From positions 88,253,536 through 88,317,535 of the forward strand of contig JASCQW010000132.1 in NCBI GenBank assembly GCA_030264375.1: a stretch of DNA of 64,000 nucleotides. The letters run 5' to 3'. The notes under the pieces were generated by a model. It searched no databases. It was given only the letters and a program-made list of their open reading frames with translations, and had not been told where the DNA came from. This stretch comes from Carcharhinus longimanus (Eukaryota). Positions 37,127 through 50,111 of the stretch are shown in pieces. Made by a program: the position numbers and the translations under genes. Within the stretch, counting starts at the first letter, position 1. Each line of letters begins with the position of its first letter.

Positions 37127-37321
37127 AAATCTCACAACACCAGGTTAAAGTACAACAGGTTGATTTGGAATCACGATCTTTTGGAATGCTGTTCTTCCTC
37201 ACCTGAGGAAGAAGCAGGGCTCCGAAAGATCGTGATTCCAAATCAACCTGTTGAACTCTAACCTGGTGTTGTGAGACTTCTTATGTGGCCGTACCAGTCC
37301 AAAGATGACATCTCCACATCG
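37127..37321. mobile_element. Penelope palindromic terminal-repeat unit with 13-bp TSD
   Basis: Inverted arms of about 70 bp plus tail ...catctccacatc; tgatatttttctg at 37114-37126 and 37322-37334. Confidence 0.9.
37199..37235 (+). ncRNA. Minimal type-I hammerhead ribozyme motif
   Basis: TCAC-CTGAGGA-A-GAAGC-AGG-GCTCC-GAAA-GA-TC-GTGA: stem I, CUGANGA box, stem II, GAAA box, loopless palindromic stem III, NUH site. Confidence 0.7.
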
Positions 37322-38236
37322 TGATATTTTTCTGCCTAACATTTCCTGGGTATCTATCCAGATAAGTGAATCGGAATCATGAGACTCTAATTCAAAGTTG
37401 GAGACTTTTCCCTTAGGTTCTGGATGCAGAGAAATTGCCAATCGGAGGTTGAATCTTTCCAGGTAATTCCCACCGAGTCCTTGTATGGGGACCTCTGAAA
37501 GCACACCCGCCCACCCTTTCCGCACCTCCAGTGCATCTTCTGACAATCCACAGGGGTAACAATCCAGAGACTAAAAGATCTCAACCATGGAGTTTGGATC
37601 TGCACACAGTGTAAGTTGGCTACAAGTGGCCAGGGATAATGTCCGCTCATTGAAGGATTAAGTTGCGGCTGGGTTCTGCTGCAAGGGACTCAGACGAGGA
37701 CCATGATTTTGATTTGATTTATTATTGTCACCAGCCTTACTATTCAGTGAAAAGTATTGTCCCTTGCATGCCATACAGTTGGTGGCATACAGAAGGAAGC
37801 TGACATGGAGACAGACTGAGATGCCAGTGCGTTAGCTGATCTGCCAGCCAGTCACTTGCCGTTGTCAAGGTGCATGGAGGAGTCCAGCCTCGACTTGGCA
37901 TTGCATAGAGTTTTCTCTAATATCTTCTCCATCTGCCTACTGTGTTGTAGATCTGTAGGTGTAACAGTTGCTGCTCCCGTCACTGTTACAGCCTTGTGTG
38001 GACAGACCATCAGAACCCCAACCCTCCGTGCATGAATGCAGCAACACATTCTGCCAAATCCAGTAACTCAATACAACATCTTGAAAACAGTCCAGAGTAA
38101 TTTCAGGCACTTTGCAACAAAATAAGTTATCCCTCATCACCTTACCAGCAAGGTGGATTTTTCTATGATGATATTATGGGATTCCTCCTGAGTCTGATCA
38201 CATGTTTTTTGGATAAGTGACCCATGAAGTGAAGGT

Positions 38237-38480
38237 TTGATTTGATTTATTTTGATTTATTATTGTCACATGTATTAACATACAGTGAAAAGTATTGTTT
38301 CTTGCATGCTATACAGACAAAGCATACCATTCATAGAGAAGGAATTGAGAGAGTGCAGAACGTAGTGTTACAGTCATAGCCAGGTTGTAGAGAAAGATCA
38401 GCTTAATACGAGGTAGAACCATTCAAAAGTCTGATGGCAGCACGGAAGAAACTGTTCTTGAATCAGTTGGTATGTATCCT
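38237..38480 (-). mobile_element. Rex1-type LINE 3' end (short piece also at 37705-37775)
   Basis: Near-identical to 17183-17420. Confidence 0.8.
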
Positions 38481-39399
38481 AAGAATCGCTAACTCTGTAA
38501 GAGATTGTAATAGTGCATTGCTAGAGAATTTAAAAGAATTAGAATAAAGTTTTAAAAGCATAGAGTGAGAGTAAAAGATAGAATTAGAGGGTATGCAAGA
38601 AGTCACCGCTCTCTGACGCCATCTTGGATTTTCATTTTACTGGCTGGTAATGGCAGATTCCCTCTTAGCAATTTGGATCATCCCAGGAGACTACCCTCAG
38701 TCACAAACAATTCCCAACCCAGCAAAATGGTGAGGTCTACCTGTATACTGCACAAGAAACAATACATTTCAGTGTATGTTCATACATGTGGCAATAATAA
38801 ATCAAATCAAAGATCAGGGGTATGAGTTTCACTCCAGCCATTATTCCAACAAGAAAGAAACTCAGCCCAAGTTCTCACCATAAATTCAACTTTGAACTTT
38901 ACCCCTTGGTAGGTCATTGGATAAATGTATTGCATTTGTGGGATATGGAGAATGTGTTCCATGTATCTGTGCTATTGGCTTATCTTATTAAACACTGCAG
39001 CGAAATATCATTTTTAGCTCAAAAATCCCTTGAGTGGGGAAGTTAGAAAAAATCAGCTAGAGTTTTTACTTAAAAGTTTTATTTAGTAAACATTTGACTT
39101 AAGTTGTCCAACAGACAAAGATTAAGGATATTGGTTTTGACTTTTATTTGCCTTAATGTTGAACAAAATAGTGTAGATTTATGTAGCAAGAGTGATCAAT
39201 TGAAGGAGGTATGTGTGTGCTGCTACTCTGCAACTTTGCCTGAGCAGCGGTCAGTAATGTTAGGGCAGTTCTGAAAAGAAGAGAACATTGAAAGATAAAT
39301 CTGAAAAGGGAAACAAATTGTGGTGGCCCAAAGTCGAGCTGTGATGTCCGGATGTAGTAACACGTTGTGTTGAGAATGTGGTTTCATGAGTTTTAAAAT

Positions 39400-39855
39400 A
39401 TTGTTCATTGGTAGAATTCTCACCTCTGAGTCAGAAGTTCAAGGGTTCAAACCAAACTGAGGACCCAAACACATAACCGAGGCTGGTATTTCATTGCAGA
39501 TTGATAGAATGCACTTCAGAACCAAGGAATAGCTCTTGAAATGTAGTCCCTGTTGTATGTAGGCAAATGAGGCAATATTAACAGTTACTGACTTTTGGGT
39601 AGGATGGTGAACTGGAGCTCTGTTTGCCTTCGGGTCTCTTGAAGAAGAGCAGGGTGAGCTCTCTCATTGTAGTTACTTACTTGTCAACCAAAAGCCAACA
39701 AAGCCAGATCAGCCATCTAATTCACTGTTTGTTGTGAGCAATTTGGTTGCTTCATTTTATTACATCTTGCAGTGACTGCGTTTCCAAAGATATTCATTGG
39801 TTCTGAAATGCTTTGCAACATCACAAGGAAATGAGACAACTTTCTTTCTTGAAAG
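39400..39855 (+). mobile_element. Deu-domain SINE, decayed
   Basis: tggtagaattctcacctctgagtcagaag...gggttcaa head; ttgaagaagagcaggg core; cattggttctgaaatgcttt tail. Confidence 0.65.
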
Positions 39856-40148
39856 TATAGGGATCGTTCTTCTGGGTGAGGTATTTTTGGTTTCAAGCTC
39901 AATTCCACCATTAGGACATAAATTCTAGACTGATATTGAATGCAATAATGAGCAAGAACTGTACGGTCAGAGAAATTGGGCGGAATTTTATGAGAATGAT
40001 TCTAAGTCTCCAGCTGGCATGAAAATGGAAGATGTCCTGATCCATTTTCTGGGCAAGTTTTCATGCTGAATCTTACATACTTAGTCATTAAAGAAATGGT
40101 CTAGACTATTTCCAGCTGCTGCAAGCAGTGATCTGGGCTTAAGTTGCC

Positions 40149-40380
40149 GAGTAAGAAGTCTCACAACACCAGGTTAAAGTCCAACAAGTTTATTTGGTAG
40201 CACAAGCCACAAGCTTTTGGAGTGCTGCATTCCACTGTGAGTGGATGCACTCACTTGACGAAGGAGCAGTTCTCCGAAAGCTTGTGGCATGTGCTACCAA
40301 ATAAACCTGTTGGACTTTAACCTGGTGTTGTGAGACCTCTTACTGTTCTTACCCCAGTCCAACGCCAGCATCTCCACATC
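40149..40380. mobile_element. Penelope palindromic terminal-repeat unit with 10-bp TSD
   Basis: Inverted arms gtaagaagtctcacaacaccagg and cctggtgttgtgagacctcttac; flanks ttaagttgcc (40139-40148) and ttaaattgcc (40381-40390). Confidence 0.9.
40251..40287 (+). ncRNA. Hammerhead ribozyme motif with a C3-to-U core change (probably inactive)
   Basis: TCAC-TTGACGA-A-GGAG-CAGTT-CTCC-GAAA-GC-TT-GTGG. Confidence 0.55.
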
Positions 40381-41199
40381 TTAAATTGCCTGGCAGCCTG
40401 CAGAGAGAGCTACTGTGTATGTGCAGACCTCCGATTCTGCACATGCTCAATTTCAGCAGCAGGGATCTGAAAGGCAGAGAGAGAATTGTCAGGCCCCTAC
40501 TGCTGCAGGCAACCTGAACACAGTCCCATCCACCACAATCACAGGGGCACAGGCTGAATGCGAGCCTCACAATGCATGGAATTCTAGCCCCCACTCATCC
40601 CTGCCATCCAGACTGTTGGTGCCCCCCCGCGCCCAATCAGATCACATTAACAGAGTGCACAGTGACCCCACCCTCCCCACCTTCACCACGATTGGCTTCC
40701 CCTTCCTGCCCACCCCTTTAATGTCCTATTCCCTTCATTCCCCACCTCCTTCATGCCATGTTCCATTCAGGCTGCACCCCACCTCAGGCCCCGGTAGGCA
40801 GTGCCAAGATGTCTACTGGGCATTGCCCAGGTGCCAGGCTGACACTATCCAACGGGCACTTCCCCCTTGCCCTTGGCCTCTCTGGGGAGTCTCAATGGTC
40901 TTCGGTTTCACCAGTGAGGACAATATAACTGTTCCCTGTTCATGGAGGGCAGGTGTTTTCCTCGCCGGAAAAATCCTATTCAGTTCCAGGATTACCAGCG
41001 TCAGTGCTTTAATATTGGTGATTCTGCAAACTTGGCCCTCCTTATTGTTGAGGGCCAATTTCTCCTGCAAGCAACAGGTGGGACACTGAAAGTGAAATTT
41101 TCTCTGAAGAGTACTAAGTGCAGCAGTGTGCATAAAAAATGCCTTTATCCTGCCAGCCACAATTTTTTTTTGTGCCCATCATCCACTTCCCAGCATGTT

Positions 41200-41860
41200 C
41201 CATTTCATTACTAATACATTCACGAAAGACATGGTGGAACATCAAACATGAACATGATGGCACATAACCAGAGCACAGTCTACTTCATGTCTAAGGCTGC
41301 TCCAGGTGACAGACTTTCAGCACTGATGGAGGTCCATTCCAAGGTCAATGCAACAGACTCTGAGCACATCACAGGAGCATCTGATGCTATCTACCCTACG
41401 GACAACAACCTGAGAGCATCCCACAGAATCACGCACTCAGGGTGCCTGAGCAGGTCAAATCCAAAATTGACGGACTAACTACTGACCTAGTCTACGTATG
41501 GACTGTGTTTTTAAAATAATTGGGGTGGGGGGAATGACATGCAATAGGCTGTGTGCCAGATGGTGCAGCCCGAGTCAATGCTTTGCATACTGCAAATAGT
41601 TTATGTGCTCTATATAAAGTAAATAGTTTGTAACCTGTCACTGCTGCATTGTCATATGCATACAGTACCAATTGCCCCAGCTTAAACAGGGAAGATGTAA
41701 GCTGGGAGGTCACTGGACATCCGATGATGTGGACAATAGCATTGATGCATCAGTATCACGGAGATTCTGTCCAGCAACGGCAGACACGCAGCATGTAAGA
41801 ACAGCTAAGATTGTTGAATAAACCCCTCTGCTTGTTAGACCCTTGTCATTAGTCTATACA
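41200..41860 (+). mobile_element. Gypsy LTR retrotransposon 3' end: pol C-terminus relic, PPT and 3' LTR
   Basis: ITHSGCLSRSNPKLTD* resembles the TRSGR.S.PP..L.D motif; purine tract aaacagggaaga then TG at 41696; AATAAA at 41817; CA at 41860. Confidence 0.6.
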
Positions 41861-41869
41861 ACCAACAAC

Positions 41870-42008
41870 TTCTAAAATTTGCTTAAAACCTTTTACGTTT
41901 CTTGCTTTTCCCGGTTCTAATGAAAGATCATTCACTTGAAATTCACAAGTGAACTCTTGTTCTCTTTTCACAGAAGCTGCCTTACCTCCTGAGTATTCCC
42001 AACATTTT
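41870..42008 (+). mobile_element. 3' end of the second Penelope-like family, decayed
   Basis: ttctaatgaaagatcattcacttgaaa...cacagaagctgccttacctcctgagtattcccaacatttt. Confidence 0.55.
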
Positions 42009-42134
42009 GGACAGGATTTTCCCATCCCGCCCACAATGAGAATTGTGGCGGGCAGGACATGGACCATGCAAAAATCCATTAACCCCAGGCAGGATTTTCT
42101 GGTCTTGGGGCGAGTGGGCTGGAAACTCCCGACC
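42009..42134. mobile_element. Approximately 125-bp Harbinger-type MITE
   Basis: Reverse-complement homolog of 35976-36099. Confidence 0.75.
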
Positions 42135-45044
42135 TTTGTGTTTTTATTGCAATGGAGCGCAAGCTTACAGTTTGATTGTGGTAATATTTCAAAGATCCTC
42201 ATGTTATATCTTCAATCCTCATGATACCTCTGAACCACAAGATTGCCCTTGGAGACTGGAGTTCCAACATAATCTTGCTGCCATGGTCCTATCAAACATG
42301 AACACACGCTGAGCAATTTGCCAAGTTTGTTCAAGATGGCAGGAACAGTGTAAATGATATTATAATAAGATGGAGGGGGCGATTATCACAACACACTGGG
42401 GACATCGCGACCTGCGAATATTCTCAAATCTGTGAAGATGAGTTCCTCATTTACACTTCTGACTATTTTAAGGAACCGATAAACAGATGTAACTCAATTT
42501 GTGGGACTCGATTGATTTTAAACGTGGTGACGAGAGGAGGTAGAAATATACCAGGTTTGCTCTTGGAGGGTTGCAATGACCAATTGTGGCGGTCTCTGTT
42601 GCATAACTGGGAACATTACACATTCAGGTGTAATTAAACAAACCTTACAAATGGTCAGAATATGCATTGTTTTAAAAAACAATGTGATTGTAAGAACAAT
42701 CACAGAATGGAAATATTAACAGCCTAACCATGGTGCTTGGTGTAGACTGTTTCACTGATGTGAGCATTTTAATGCAGGAATAGGACAACAAAATCAACAG
42801 TGATGTTGGGTCTATTAAAACATGCATAAGCTCAGATATGACTGTTGTGTTTGATGGACTTCAACTAGAATCACTAACTCAGAGTGGCATTCTCCCACTC
42901 TCAGCCTGAACATTCTGAGATTTGCTTCATTGCTCAGTATATCTTCAACTTGTTTTCCCAGATCAGATACATTGAGAGACATTCTCCCAAGCAAGGGGAG
43001 GCAGGCTCAGGTTTGTGTCAGAGGTTAAATCTCCCAAAACTGAAGTCAGGTCACTATCAGACATCTTCCTGCTCTTAACAGGTTTCACTGGATAGGATTG
43101 AAAGTGAGACAGGAAGCCCAGTGGCTCTATTAAGAAACCTTTAAGATACTCAGAAAGCCAATTGAGATCAGTTTTAACCCTCAATCCTATATTCACGGCC
43201 AGGGCGTCTGCCTCTTATCAACCACTCACCAGGATTACAATGGGAAGAGCTCCTTGATGAAACTAACAGGCTTCGATCAACTACTCTGAAGATCTCCAAC
43301 CATTGAGAGACTGCTGTTAAAGCACTTCTCTCTGAGAGTGCTTTCACTGCTAGGCAGATGATTGCCAACTTGTCAGAAGGGACTTCACCAGTTTAACACT
43401 TCACTGACCTTCAGCTACACTTCTCTGCTGCCAGTCTTCACCACAGCGTGAGTGCAGCTTATGTTCTCTGAGCCACCTCCGATGTGGAATAAGAGGACAA
43501 GTAACACCAAACCACCAACTGTAGCAGCTGCAACACCACCTATAACACTGACTGCTTTCTCCTTAGCTGCATGCCCCTCCATAGTGCTGTAGAAGAGGGC
43601 AAATAGATCCATCTGGCAAGACCCCAACACAGTGTTTCAGGCAGAGGGAGAAAACAAAGTCGAGATGTGTGAGTGCCTGGGTCTCAGGAGGTTCAGCTGA
43701 CACCCTAGAATGCACAAGTAACTCCCGGCATCTTCACTCTACTGCAATCTGTCTTCTTAAACCTCTCTTCCTTGTCACCTCCATCCCCAACTCCAACATG
43801 TGCAAGGAACTCATGGATTTTGGCACGAAGGTGGAGACAGAACTATCAACTGTCCCTTCCTTCCACTAGCCTATCTGGCCAAATATCCATTAATTCTCCC
43901 CCTTTCACTAGATCTAAACTTGCCTTTCTCCAGTTTCTAGTTGCACGAGGCAAACATACCATTCAAACTTCTAGTGTTTTACCATTCAGTGGCCTGTTTT
44001 CCACTCATCATGAACATTACGTCAGCAGTGCTCTATTAGCCATCTTTAATGTATATATACTTCTGTAAGCTTGTGTTCAGATATTTTAACAAGCTGTGCA
44101 ATTAAAGTATTGCATCATATAATCAGAGCAGAACTTAGTAAAGTTATTCTGTCTGGTAAACTGTCTGTCCTTCCTTTCTTAGACATATGACAATTGTAGT
44201 AACATCTTCATACATATGATGCCTGTCTACTTGTCTCAACCAGCAGCTAAAACAATCTTCAATTTCTAAGTAGCCCAGAAAAATTCAGCTCCTGAACAAC
44301 TGGAACTGAAAAGTTTTCTGTGGACTCAGGTAACGAGGGTCGCTGGGCCNNNNNNNNNNNNNNNNNNNNNNNNNNNNNNNNNNNNNNNNNNNNNNNNNNN
44401 NNNNNNNNNNNNNNNNNNNNNNNNNNNNNNNNNNNNNNNNNNNNNNNNNNNNNNNNNNNNNNNNNNNNNNNNNNNNNNNNNNNNNNNNNNNNNNNNNNNN
44501 NNNNNNNNNNNNNNNNNNNNNNNNNNNNNNNNNNNNNNNNNNNNNNNNNNNNNNNNNNNNNNNNNNNNNNNNNNNNNNNNNNNNNNNNNNGTGTCTGCAC
44601 AGCAATCAGTGATAGTCACTGAGCTGTCATCTTGCCCAGTATCTGGTCCAGTTTAGGCACACACTAATGACATGAAGCACTAGGCCAATCTTGAACAACT
44701 AAGAGCAGCCCAAGTACAACCCATCGCGTGTATGCCATGGGAATTGTAGCAGGTGGGACGGGACTTTGTAAAAGTGCGTTGACCTCGGGCGGGATTTTCT
44801 GGTCTTGGGGTGAGTGCGGCTGGAAAATCCTGGAAAATCAGATACAAGATCCCTTGTATCTGATCCAGCTGTTCTGTAAGAGAACTAAAGTTTGCTCAAA
44901 GGCATAGTCCATTGTTTTATTTGGAAAGTGTAAGAATAGAAATCCTTGAATTGATAGTTTAACACATTGCTGAAATGTCTCGACGCATTTAACAGAATGA
45001 ATTACAATTTTGATATGATTATTCAACAACACGACATCCATCCT

Positions 45045-45316
45045 GTATCAGCAACACTTCACAACCTCCGCCATCTGGAAAGACAAGGGCAGCAGGTACC
45101 TGGGAACACCATCACCTGAAGGTTGTTGCTGGGTCAAAATCCTGGAATCCCCCCACCCTCCTCCTTCCCCACAGTGGCACTGTGGGTTTATCCACACCTC
45201 AGGGACTGCAACTGTTCAAGAAGGCAACTCACTCTCACCTTCTCAAGGGCAACTAGGGATAGACATTAAATGCTGGGCTCGACAACAACACCCATATCCC
45301 ATGAATGAGTGAAAAA
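45045..45316 (+). mobile_element. CR1/L2-group LINE 3' end
   Basis: aagggcaactagggatagacattaaatgctgg...atcccatgaatga tail, shared with the SINE at 50112-50600. Confidence 0.7.
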
Positions 45317-45494
45317 GCAACAGCAAGAGGTTCCTCTTTTAGTTTGATGGTATTGGTTGCAAGAGAAATGCTAACCAGAATATAAAGAACATTTGCTTCT
45401 CTTCCTCAAATAATACCATGAGATCTTTAATATCATCGTGGGCCGAAGGGCCTGTTCTGCGCTGTAATGTTCTACTTGAGTAGCTAAATGATTC

Positions 45495-45712
45495 AATACA
45501 TAATCTGGAATGCACTGCCTAGGAAGGTGATGGGGGCCGGAAACCTTGCAACGTTTAAAATATATTTGGATGAGCATTTGAAATATCATAACATTCAAGG
45601 ATATGCGACAAGTGCAGGAAAATTGGATTAGCATGTCTTTAATGGTAGCTATTGCTGATGCAGACTCGATGGGCCAAAGAGTCTTTTCTGCACGGTATGA
45701 TTCTTTGATTCT
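45495..45712 (+). mobile_element. CR1/HER1 LINE 3' end
   Basis: tctggaatgcactgcct (WNALP)...gactcgatgggccaaag...tatgattctttgattcta. Confidence 0.8.
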
Positions 45713-46397
45713 ATAAGCAAAATGCTGCATATAGTGGAAATATAACTAAAAACAAAAAAATGTTGGAACACTCAGCAGGTCATGCAGCATCTGTGCAGAG
45801 AGAAGCAAAATTAACATCTAAGACTTTTGACATTTGTTTAACAACATGGCAATAACCATGTAATTCATCTGAAGGAAATCCTAGGTCTATGTAGAATGGA
45901 GAGTACTGTGCTAATCAAATGAATCCAGGAATTCTGATCAGTTAGAAGCCTGAACTTGACAATTGAAGATTGAAATGAAGAATTGCAGAAGAGGAAGCTA
46001 AAGAATTCTGGGGCCTTTGACAATTGAGAGGAGGTTAGAAGGCCTGCTAAATCTTTGGAAATGGGATCTGTATAAAGATTTATAACAATGAGAGTGATGT
46101 GCAATATGTCACTCTCCCAAAAGTGAATGTGCTGTCAAATGTAAAAAATACTTCAAACCTGAAGGAAACGGATGTAACTATTGGCTAGAAAATTCCAAGG
46201 GGCTAAATTTTAGAACATAGAACACTACAGCACAAACAGGCCCTTCGGCCCACAAGTTGCGCCGATCATATCCATACCTACCAGNNNNNNNNNNNNNNNN
46301 NNNNNNNNNNNNNNNNNNNNNNNNNNNNNNNNNNNNNNNNNNNNNNNNNNNNNNNNNNNNNNNNNNNNNNNNNNNNNNNNNNNNCTCAGGACCTGTT

Positions 46398-47232
46398 GGG
46401 GGGCAATTTTAACCAAAGCTGCCTGGAGGGAACCACCAGGATTGGGGTAACGCTGTCTTCACTCTCCCCACAGGAATGAACATAGAGTAATAGTAGGCTG
46501 ACCTACAGTAGGCTGTACCCCGCCCGGATATTTGACCGCAGTGTCATGGAAGAGAACGTATAAAATAGAATAGATGTCTCAGGCCCCTAGCCTTCCCAAC
46601 CACCCCTGAGCTGTCACCCATAATAAACACTATTGTGACATTAGCCCATGTGCCTGGCTTAGACCTATTAAGGCTCTTAATTGGCCAGTTAGTGGATGGT
46701 TTCCACTATAGCCCCTACAATAATACATGTGGTTGGGGAAGACGGAACGATGGAGACCAGCTTGCTTCTCCACCAACTCCAGCTAAAAGGCAGGAAAGGG
46801 GGTGGGGGGAGGTGTCCTGTCCATTGATGCAACCCACTTTTGTGCCTTCCACCCCACCCCAGGGTCAAGAAGCTGATGCCCCACTTCCCTCCCCCAAGGT
46901 CCTCAATCCTTCTCCGATCAAATATCCCAGACTTACCTGTAAATCTGACATCCATATTCTTCCTTTGGAACTGTTTGTAGTCTCAGCAGTGGCTATGGCT
47001 GCGCCCTGGCCCCACTGGGACTATTCAGCTGCTGATCGACCAGGTTGCCCTGCACCCCTGAGGGTGGGGCTTCCTTTCCCTGAGGGCTGGACACACCCAC
47101 TCAGTTTGTTAAGGCCATCCCCAGCACATTATTGCTGCGGGTAAGCCTTTTTATAATCAGTTGACTCAAGACTGACTTTTCTACCGAGGGGAGGACAATA
47201 TATTCTACCCTCACCCTTTGAAAATTCACAGC
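46398..47232. mobile_element. Non-autonomous Harbinger-type element, decayed
   Basis: Ends gggggcaattttaa and ttgaaaattcacagc; internal aggctcttaattggccagttagtgg motif. Confidence 0.5.
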
Positions 47233-50111
47233 AAGGTTTAAGAGAATAGCTGTAGAAATCAGTATGATTATGCAACAGCTGCGATTTTTGCAGAGAAGCC
47301 TGGCTAAAAAATATCTACTACTTATGATTTTCTACGTGAACCTGTCCTAACACAATTGCAGTTTGTTCTAAAATATCTTAATTGGTAACTTAACAATGAA
47401 GGGATACGGTACAGACTCATGTCACTGACATTCTATCAAACATAACATACAATTCAATTGGACTTTCTAGTCACCTCAGGACCAACAACCCCTGAGTGGA
47501 AGAAAGTCATCCTCAGTCCCAAGGCACTGCCTAGGAGAGAGAGAAAAAGAGAGAGAGACATAGTCAAAGTATAGCAGCGCATGGTCAAGGCTTGATTTTT
47601 TTTTGTCACACGAAGAGAAATTATCTAACAGTAATAAAAATGTACACTACAAAGCACATGAAAAGGAAGAATCTCAGAGTGCTTTCTCAGGTAGAACGAT
47701 CAATATTGAGTAGGAAAAAGGCAAAGTTGGACTGCAGAGACTCAAGGCCTAGTCAAAGAAATAAGTTTTGGGAGGAAGTAGATTTTCAAAGAGAATTCCA
47801 GAGGGCAGAAGCTTAGTGACTGAAAGGTCAAACTCTAATGACAGATCAGACAGGGCAGGAAACAGGCAATAACCTGGTGTCAGAAGAGCAGGAGATGCGA
47901 CCAGAGACAGTTCGGCTGGACTTGATTACACGAATAAGGAGGAGTGCTTACTTGGAGGGTTTATGAGCACAAAGATTTCAAATTCTCTTGATTTTCTTTC
48001 TTTAACCAATAGAATCAAAACAATGGAGGAAAGGGACACAAGAAAAATAAATAAATTGCATCATAAAATGTGCTGTTTCCTATAGATACAACTGTATGTG
48101 CAGAATTATTAGTTATCCTCATACATCCTGCAAAGTGATTGCAAGGATCTTTCAAGCATCTTTAATTCAGGCAGCATCTTCAGCTAGTTAAACTGGGAGA
48201 CAGCACCAGCAAGACACAAAGGCTGAGATTTTCCAGCTTTGTTGTCATAAGACTTGCCGTGTGTGTTGGCCAAAAGTCCACTGGTTTTTCAAAGGACTGG
48301 AAGATCCTGGTGGCAGCCGGGGCTGGAAGTTCCTGACCTTGATGTACAGCGATTCCAACCCAGATATTCTCAAATAAGCATTTTATTTCATCTGCAGTTT
48401 TTCCACATTCAGTTGCTGGACAGTACATTAGGATGCCAATCAATAATCTTTCATCATCTTTAAAGAGTCTGGGAATAAAGTTCTTCTGGTCAATAAACTT
48501 AGTAAAAAAAAATCATCCCAAATGTAAAGGGTGATTTCCTGTTTTGTACTGTTTTCTCAGTAAAATTATTAACAAGAATTTCACCGTATTAACAGCCACA
48601 ATCCCTGTAAATCGAGAAGGAATAGAAAATGGATACAAAAGCAAAATATTGCAAAGAAAATGAAAAATAAAATGCTGGAAATACTTAGCAGGTCTGGCAG
48701 AATCTGTGAAGAGAAAAAGAGATTTAATGTTTCAGACGTGTGAAATATTAACCTTGCTTCTTGATCTCCATAAAACATGGGCATCTGCTCTTCAGCTTCC
48801 AGCTTGTGTAGTACACTCCCCAAACCTTGAAGGCTAGAACAACTATCATAGTTAGAATGGCTGGACCAACTGATCCTTCATGTAAGTAGCACCAAGTCCA
48901 GCTCAACAAAACATCGCTTCTACAGACTATTTAGGTAACTTGGGGAATTATGTAAGTGAGAGAGCTTTAAGGGTTGACAGAAGAGGTATCATTCCAATCA
49001 TTTACTGAAAACAGAGTGGTCTGAGAAAGGTGGTGGGAGACGGGAGAGCTGAAATCTGGAGGCATTATTTAGGGATGGTGGTAAGCAATTTGTTGGTGAA
49101 TTTTAGTTTTTCTCTTTTTCAGTTTAATCCAGAGTATAGGATTTCCCAGGAGGAAACACAGTTCAGCAAAGTGAGTGTGTGACTGTGGCATTGAGAAGGA
49201 GGCCCTGTGGACACTGGTCCTGCTTAATAGCAATGATGTACTGGCTTTCTGTGAACACAAGGAGAAATGCTACAAAGTGGACAGCCACGCAGACCAAGGC
49301 ACCATGGCTGTGCAGGTTGTTTGGGATGGGGTGGGTGTTGATGAAGAGCAGAATTGAAATGTGATAATAATAGGATATAGATAGCACCCACTGCAGCTAA
49401 GAATGAGAATTCTGGAGAATTTGTTGTCTACCCCGTGCCAAGGTAAGGAATATCGCATCGTGGATGCAGAGGAACTTGGAAACGGATGGGATAAATCCCA
49501 TTGTCATGGTCCATGTTGAAACAAACAATAGTTAGGAACCTGGGAGATCCCTAATGAAAAAATATTAGAAGTTAGGCTCCTAAATTAAAGAACAGGACCT
49601 TGAGGTAAATAATTTCTGGATTATTATCTGAACCATGTGCAAGTTGGCATAGGAAAAGACAGATCATGAGAATTAACATTTAGGTGAAAGACTGGTATGG
49701 GAAAGAGGGAAAGAGGGATTCCTTCTCATGGGATATTGACACCAGCTCTGGAACAGGAAGCGCCTATACCAATGGGATATATTGCACCTGAATTGGGCTG
49801 TGTAGAAATAGGGTTATAGTGAAATAGATTGGATAATATCCCAAGTAAAAATAGAGAAATGGCAGAAATATTAAATAGTGATTTCACTTTGGTATTTATT
49901 AGGGAGATGTAGAAAGTAGACATTACATTGACTGATGAGATAGGCAAGGAGGTTAGTGCATTTAAAATAAGGAGGAGAGATAGAACATAGAACATAGAAC
50001 ACTATGTTGAATAAACTAACTAAATTCATTAAAGATAAAACCCCTGGTCCAGGTGGATTTCATCCATGTATTTTAAAAGGCTCATTGGTAGAGATAGCAC
50101 CATTATAGAGA

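Larger units (their letters stand above)
39978..41105. mobile_element. Non-autonomous Harbinger-type element interrupted by a Penelope unit
   Basis: Starts gggcggaatttta; body resembles 51445-52575; ends near gtgaaattttctct. Confidence 0.65.
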
